From an uncultured Verrucomicrobiae bacterium (GTDB lineage Bacteria; Chlamydiota; Chlamydiia; Chlamydiales; Rhabdochlamydiaceae), in NCBI GenBank assembly GCA_963818965.1, contig CAWFUG010000011.1, positions 192,001 to 256,000 of the forward strand: 64,000 nucleotides of DNA, read 5' to 3'. Numbering within the stretch: the stretch's first letter is position 1; every line of letters starts with the position of its first letter. This document shows, one piece after another, positions 59,487 through 64,000 of the stretch. The notes beneath the pieces are model-generated. The model worked only from the letters and a program-made list of their open reading frames with translations, was not told the origin of the DNA and searched no databases. The translations under genes were made by a program, and so were the position numbers.

Positions 59487-59747
59487 TTATTCCTGAGCGA
59501 CAAATGGCAATAGGGCCATGTGTCTTGCGCGCTTCACCGCTTTGGCGAGTAATCTCTGGTGATAAGCAGAGACTCCAGTGATCCGTCGTGGGATGATCTT
59601 GCCGCGCTCGGTAATGAACTGACCCAACGTATTGATATCTTTATAATCGATGTAGCGCACCCCAGCCGCTGTAAAGGGGCATTGTTTGCGCTTTTTGACG
59701 AAGATTCCTTCGGCAACAGGAGATTTTTGTACAGGTGGTGTAGACAT
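59487..59747 (-). CDS. rpsR: 30S ribosomal protein S18
   Basis: [20 protein letters not shown] and [13 protein letters not shown]. Confidence 0.98.
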   Translation of the reverse strand: MSTPPVQKSPVAEGIFVKKRKQCPFTAAGVRYIDYKDINTLGQFITERGKIIPRRITGVSAYHQRLLAKAVKRARHMALLPFVAQE

Positions 59748-59758
59748 CTTGAAACTCC

Positions 59759-60100
59759 TTAATCTCTCATGAGAGGTTTAAATTCGATTTTCTCAGGGAC
59801 TGCCTCCGCACGCAGCGTTGCGAACCGGATCAAATCCTCATTCAAGTGGTATTCTTTCCACATGTCGGATACGTGGTTCGAAGACGCAGTGAAATAGAGG
59901 AGGACGTAGTGACCTTCGCGACGTCCATTGATCTCATAAGCGAGTTTTTTACGCCCTTGATCGAACGTCTTTTTGATCTCCCCTCCACGGCTCGTAATGC
60001 CGTTTAAAACTTTCTCGAGCGCTTTTTGACGCGCTTCTTCACTCAGTGTCGCACTCAAGATATACATCCCTTCATAAAGATGTGTTCTCTGTTTAGACAT
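59759..60100 (-). CDS. rpsF: 30S ribosomal protein S6
   Basis: [17 protein letters not shown] and EGHY; start likely ATG 60100. Confidence 0.96.
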   Translation of the reverse strand: MSKQRTHLYEGMYILSATLSEEARQKALEKVLNGITSRGGEIKKTFDQGRKKLAYEINGRREGHYVLLYFTASSNHVSDMWKEYHLNEDLIRFATLRAEAVPEKIEFKPLMRD

Positions 60101-60704
60101 TAGATTCTCCTTCTTTTCTTTCAATTTTTGCATTGGAAAATTGCATCGCCGCTGCAATTCCCAATAGCAACCACACTTCTAAGGCTTCGATCGCCTTAAG
60201 GGTTGCTTTTTCTAATTCTTCCCATTCTGGTTTAGAAAACTTACCCAAAACGTAATCGGATAAATCCTCATTGGGTTCTAAACCTACTCCCATTTTCAGC
60301 CGAGCGTAATGGATCGTCCTAAGATGCGCCTCGATGCTCTTGAGCCCATTGTGCCCACCCGCACTCCCTTTGCTACGCATCCGTGCACTCCCCAGTGGGA
60401 GCGCAATATCGTCGCAGACGACCATCATGTGATCGATCGGCACTTGGTAGTAATCCATACAGCGCCTCACTGCATCCCCACTCGAATTCATGAACGTCGT
60501 GGGCAAGAGGAGCAGCATCTTCTTCTCTTTTAAGCGCCCCTGCGCAATCTCACCGATGAGATGAGAAGAGTGTTTAAAAGACAAAGAGTGCTTTTTTGCA
60601 AACGACTGAACGACGGAAAAACCCGCGTTATGCCGCGTCTTTTCGTAAGATGTCCCAGGATTCCCCAGTCCCACTACCAAAAAGAACTTCTCTTCATCTT
60701 CCAC
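60093..60704 (-). CDS. pth: peptidyl-tRNA hydrolase
   Basis: VGLGNPG..Y..TRHNAGF, PTTFMNSSG and GGHNGLKSI. Confidence 0.97.
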   Translation of the reverse strand: MEDEEKFFLVVGLGNPGTSYEKTRHNAGFSVVQSFAKKHSLSFKHSSHLIGEIAQGRLKEKKMLLLLPTTFMNSSGDAVRRCMDYYQVPIDHMMVVCDDIALPLGSARMRSKGSAGGHNGLKSIEAHLRTIHYARLKMGVGLEPNEDLSDYVLGKFSKPEWEELEKATLKAIEALEVWLLLGIAAAMQFSNAKIERKEGESNV

Positions 60705-60718
60705 GACTTAAAAACCCC

Positions 60719-61276
60719 TTATCTTTTCGCAACCACGACGAGCACTTCTTCTGGGCTGGCCAAAGGTCTAACGCCTTCAGGGAGGACAATGTCCTTTAAA
60801 CGCTTCGATTGGCGGATCCCTAAATCCCTAACATCGACCAAAAATTCCCTAGGAATACGATCGATCGGAGATTCTACTTTGACATGGCGGGCAACGGGTC
60901 TTAAAAAACCACCGAGCTTTACTCCGACGCAATCAGCAATCCCGGTGTAGTTCACAGGCACTTTTACATTCACCGGAACTCCATCGACCAACTCCTCGAA
61001 ATCGATATGGAAAACGATATAAGTCGTCGGATGGTACTGGATGTCCTTCACGATCGCCTTTCGCTCTCTCTTTACGCCACTTAAACTGAACACAGTAGTC
61101 GGCAACTGACCCGACTTAATCTGGCGCAAAGCTGCACTAAATTCAGTCCCGTCGACGATGATCTTCTGCGCTTCAGTCTTAGAAGAATACAGGATCGCAG
61201 GAATATTGCCCTCTCGGCGAATCTGTTTCAGAGCACCTTTCGTCTCGCTTTCGCGCGCTTTAATTGCGAGTTTCAT
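60719..61276 (-). CDS. rplY: 50S ribosomal protein L25/Ctc
   Basis: IRREGNIPAILY, KDIQYHP, HIDF and GVKLGG. Confidence 0.96.
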   Translation of the reverse strand: MKLAIKARESETKGALKQIRREGNIPAILYSSKTEAQKIIVDGTEFSAALRQIKSGQLPTTVFSLSGVKRERKAIVKDIQYHPTTYIVFHIDFEELVDGVPVNVKVPVNYTGIADCVGVKLGGFLRPVARHVKVESPIDRIPREFLVDVRDLGIRQSKRLKDIVLPEGVRPLASPEEVLVVVAKR

Positions 61277-61341
61277 AAAACAACTCCACTGTTTTTCAAA
61301 TTAAGATTTCTTATTCTTTCTTAGAGACTGTAGACAGGCTC

Positions 61342-62277
61342 TTAAATATACAAAGAAGAGATTGATTTGGCACCGACGATCGATTCGATCGCAAGGCCAA
61401 AAAGAGAAGCTACCGAGACGGATTCTAATTTCTCTCGAAGCACAGAGTCCACTATCGGAATCGTATTACTGACGATGAATTTTTCGATCTCGCTCTCTTT
61501 CAATCCTTCACCTACAAAAAGTCCATGCGTGACTACAGCAAAAATCCGCTTAGCACCGCGAGAAAGACAAATCTTCGCAGCGGTTCGCAATGTCTCTCCC
61601 GTGGAACACATATCGTCCACGAGCAAAACATCTTTGCCTTGCACATCGCCAATAATGGCGGCCATTTCCACTTGATGGGCAGTCACACGACGCTTATCGA
61701 CTATAGCGAGATCGACTTTTAGAGCCTCTGCATAAGAGCGGGCCAACTTGATGCTGCCGATATCAGGCGTTACTACGACATACTGACTTAACCCCAACCC
61801 CCCAATCGCTTCTAAAAGCAAGGGTTTTGCGTAGAGATTATCGACGGGAATGTCGAAAAACCCCTGGACTTGCTCTGTATGCAAATCCATCGTCAGAACG
61901 CGCGTCACCCCTGCAACCTGCAGGAGATCTGCGACGAGTTTCGCTGTGATCGGCTCCCGCGCATGTCCTCGACGATCCTGTCGCGCATACCCGAAGTAGG
62001 GAATGACTGCGATGATCGAGCGAGCAGACGCGCGCTTCATTGCATCGACTAAAATCAACAATTCCATGAGATAGAAGTTAGGATCGCGTGCAATTGATTG
62101 CACAATGAATACATCCTGACCACGGACACTCTCTAAAATTCGAGCGCCTATCTCGCCATCTGGAAATGTCTCGATGAGCGTTTTTCCTAGCGACAGGCCT
62201 AAACAACTAGCGATTTGCTGAGCCAACTCAGGATGAGAGGTCCCAGCGAAAAGCCTATAATTGTTATTAGAACCCAT
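61342..62277 (-). CDS. prs: ribose-phosphate pyrophosphokinase
   Basis: FPDGE, PYFGYARQDR, MDLH, VTPDIG and VDDMCSTGET. Confidence 0.97.
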   Translation of the reverse strand: MGSNNNYRLFAGTSHPELAQQIASCLGLSLGKTLIETFPDGEIGARILESVRGQDVFIVQSIARDPNFYLMELLILVDAMKRASARSIIAVIPYFGYARQDRRGHAREPITAKLVADLLQVAGVTRVLTMDLHTEQVQGFFDIPVDNLYAKPLLLEAIGGLGLSQYVVVTPDIGSIKLARSYAEALKVDLAIVDKRRVTAHQVEMAAIIGDVQGKDVLLVDDMCSTGETLRTAAKICLSRGAKRIFAVVTHGLFVGEGLKESEIEKFIVSNTIPIVDSVLREKLESVSVASLFGLAIESIVGAKSISSLYI

Positions 62278-62302
62278 TTGTACTCGCTAAGGATAGTACA
62301 TA

Positions 62303-62374
<72 letters not shown>

Positions 62375-62564
62375 ACAACTTTTACTTCGGTATTCGCTAC
62401 CAAAAACCAGAATGCTACCTCATTTGACAAATAAAATGCAAAAACTTTGCGCGAAAATTTTTCTGAAAAAATAAAAACTTTACTCATACCTATCGAAATC
62501 TTGGTAAAAAAACGGGAAAAGTGAGATCATTTTTTGCCCAACAAGGACCCAAAAAGGACACAAA

Positions 62565-64000
62565 ATGAGTTGCCAACGCCTACACCTAAGACCTTTTTTC
62601 GGAAACGACTGGTCCATTAGTGACCCTACTCCCACAACATTTGAAGAGACTCCAAACAATTCATCCCCCACCCCGCCACTACCTTCAGAGCTCTTGGAAC
62701 AGATCTTCTCCTATTTAGATCTAAATCAGACCACGCTGCTCCTTGCCACCAAAGTGAGTAAATCATGGGCAACAGCGGTTAAGTCCCTGTTATGGAACAG
62801 CCAACAACTCGCAACCCATCGGACCACATTAGGTTATCTGGCCGCATTTTTAGAGGAAAACGATCCCCTCCTTGAAGACCTCTCAAAGAAAACTCTTAAA
62901 GCCCATAAAAAATTCCTTCACAACCTCATCGCAGAGCTCAATACCGTCCCAGAGGCCATGCCCGAGATCTTGGATGCAAGGCATGCCCGCTCTTTCAAAA
63001 TAAAAGGGCTCCTAAAAGAGCTTCCAAAGCCTTTTTGGCAAAAGGTCGACGCCCACATTTTCCTCGCGCGCGCAACGCTTTACTTCAACGAAGAAGAGCG
63101 AGCCACTATGCAAAAATTCCTCCACTACACCTTGGAGATTTTATCCGAACAGCCAGGTCCTATCCCCCTCAAAGGACTAAAAAACAGCGCCATCTTCCGC
63201 CTCCGATTTTCCACACTCCTAGACGGAAAGAATGAGGAAAAATTCAGGATAGCTTTCTCTAATTCTGCATTCCAGAAGAAGTTAAATGAGCTCTACAATC
63301 AAGACCCAGTCATCCAAGACTGGACTGACACTCAAACAGATGCCACACTCTTCGATCAGTATGAAACGCATCTTAAGTCTTCTCCGACCACTAACGGCGA
63401 AGCGGAAATCATCAAACAACATATGAAAACACTCCTTGCACACAACGCCTTTAAGCAAGCGCAATCCCTCATGCACCGCTTCAGCAAAGAGCCGCGCTAC
63501 TGCAGTTCCGCACATTCAAACCGTTTAAATTTCAATAATTTACAATGGGATCTTGCCGTTTTAGAACGGAGTTTCCCCCACTCTCTTGGCCCACAACTTG
63601 TTAAGATGTGGGAAAATGGCCTTGACGGAACCGTCAAAATAATGATCTTAAAAGGTGACACTGAAAATGCTTTCAAATTAGCGATGCAGCAAGAGCCCAA
63701 GCTCATGTACCCACTGATCCAAAAGATCGGATCTGCCTATATTGAACTCCGACAGATCCTACACCTAGAGTCCCTCATCGACCTACTGGGAGAAAAAGAG
63801 GACCCCCTTGCACAAATCACTCAATGCAACATCATTAAAGAACTCATCCAGAAACGGTTACAAGAGGGGACCCTAGAGGAACCTCTCATCTGGTTTAGCC
63901 GCTTTCAAAAACTCGAAGCACAAGCCGGCAAATCCCCCAAAACAGTGGTACGGGAATTCACAAAAGAGCTCATCGATACATTCTTGGTGTATACCGGTTG
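62565..64000 (+). CDS. F-box effector candidate, runs off the window end (absent from the ORF track)
   Basis: Open frame from ATG 62565 to the end with no stop; clear F-box LPSELLEQIFSYLD...LATKVSKSW; YPLIQKIGSAYIEL resembles YALIHKMGTTYIDL of the 19115 gene. Confidence 0.8.
   Translation, partial: MSCQRLHLRPFFGNDWSISDPTPTTFEETPNNSSPTPPLPSELLEQIFSYLDLNQTTLLLATKVSKSWATAVKSLLWNSQQLATHRTTLGYLAAFLEENDPLLEDLSKKTLKAHKKFLHNLIAELNTVPEAMPEILDARHARSFKIKGLLKELPKPFWQKVDAHIFLARATLYFNEEERATMQKFLHYTLEILSEQPGPIPLKGLKNSAIFRLRFSTLLDGKNEEKFRIAFSNSAFQKKLNELYNQDPVIQDWTDTQTDATLFDQYETHLKSSPTTNGEAEIIKQHMKTLLAHNAFKQAQSLMHRFSKEPRYCSSAHSNRLNFNNLQWDLAVLERSFPHSLGPQLVKMWENGLDGTVKIMILKGDTENAFKLAMQQEPKLMYPLIQKIGSAYIELRQILHLESLIDLLGEKEDPLAQITQCNIIKELIQKRLQEGTLEEPLIWFSRFQKLEAQAGKSPKTVVREFTKELIDTFLVYTG

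Overview
A 64-kb chromosomal segment from an environmental member of the Chlamydiota. The assignment rests on the chlamydial T3SS block sctU-sctV-copN-scc1-malQ, a MOMP/Lpg1974-type porin, and the rpsA-nusA-infB-rbfA-truB-ribF-ychF and prs-rplY-pth-rpsF-rpsR-rplI-ispE gene orders. Accessory, eukaryote-like effector candidates interrupt this backbone: tandem F-box-like/WD40 paralogs with bipartite-NLS-like tails, F-box/TPR proteins, a Tgl-like transglutaminase-fold protein and a Ser-rich protein. A 6.1-kb decaying island with no integrase is bounded by a ~94-bp duplication of the 3' end of map. The most striking non-coding signal is a set of at least three families of palindromic miniature elements: TATAC...GTATA ERIC/Correia-like elements, an ACCACAGAG palindrome with IS903-like ends, and a 162-bp GGTAGT...ACTACC element with an 8-bp target duplication. 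Two of these families nest in each other and swap modules, most copies sit right after stop codons or at rearrangement breakpoints, and one terminus lies inside ispE. No transposase, integrase or CRISPR array was seen. Several single-base frameshifts, including three in essential rpsA, suggest indel errors in the sequence, so pseudogene calls are tentative. All family assignments come from motif recognition by eye, not from database searches.
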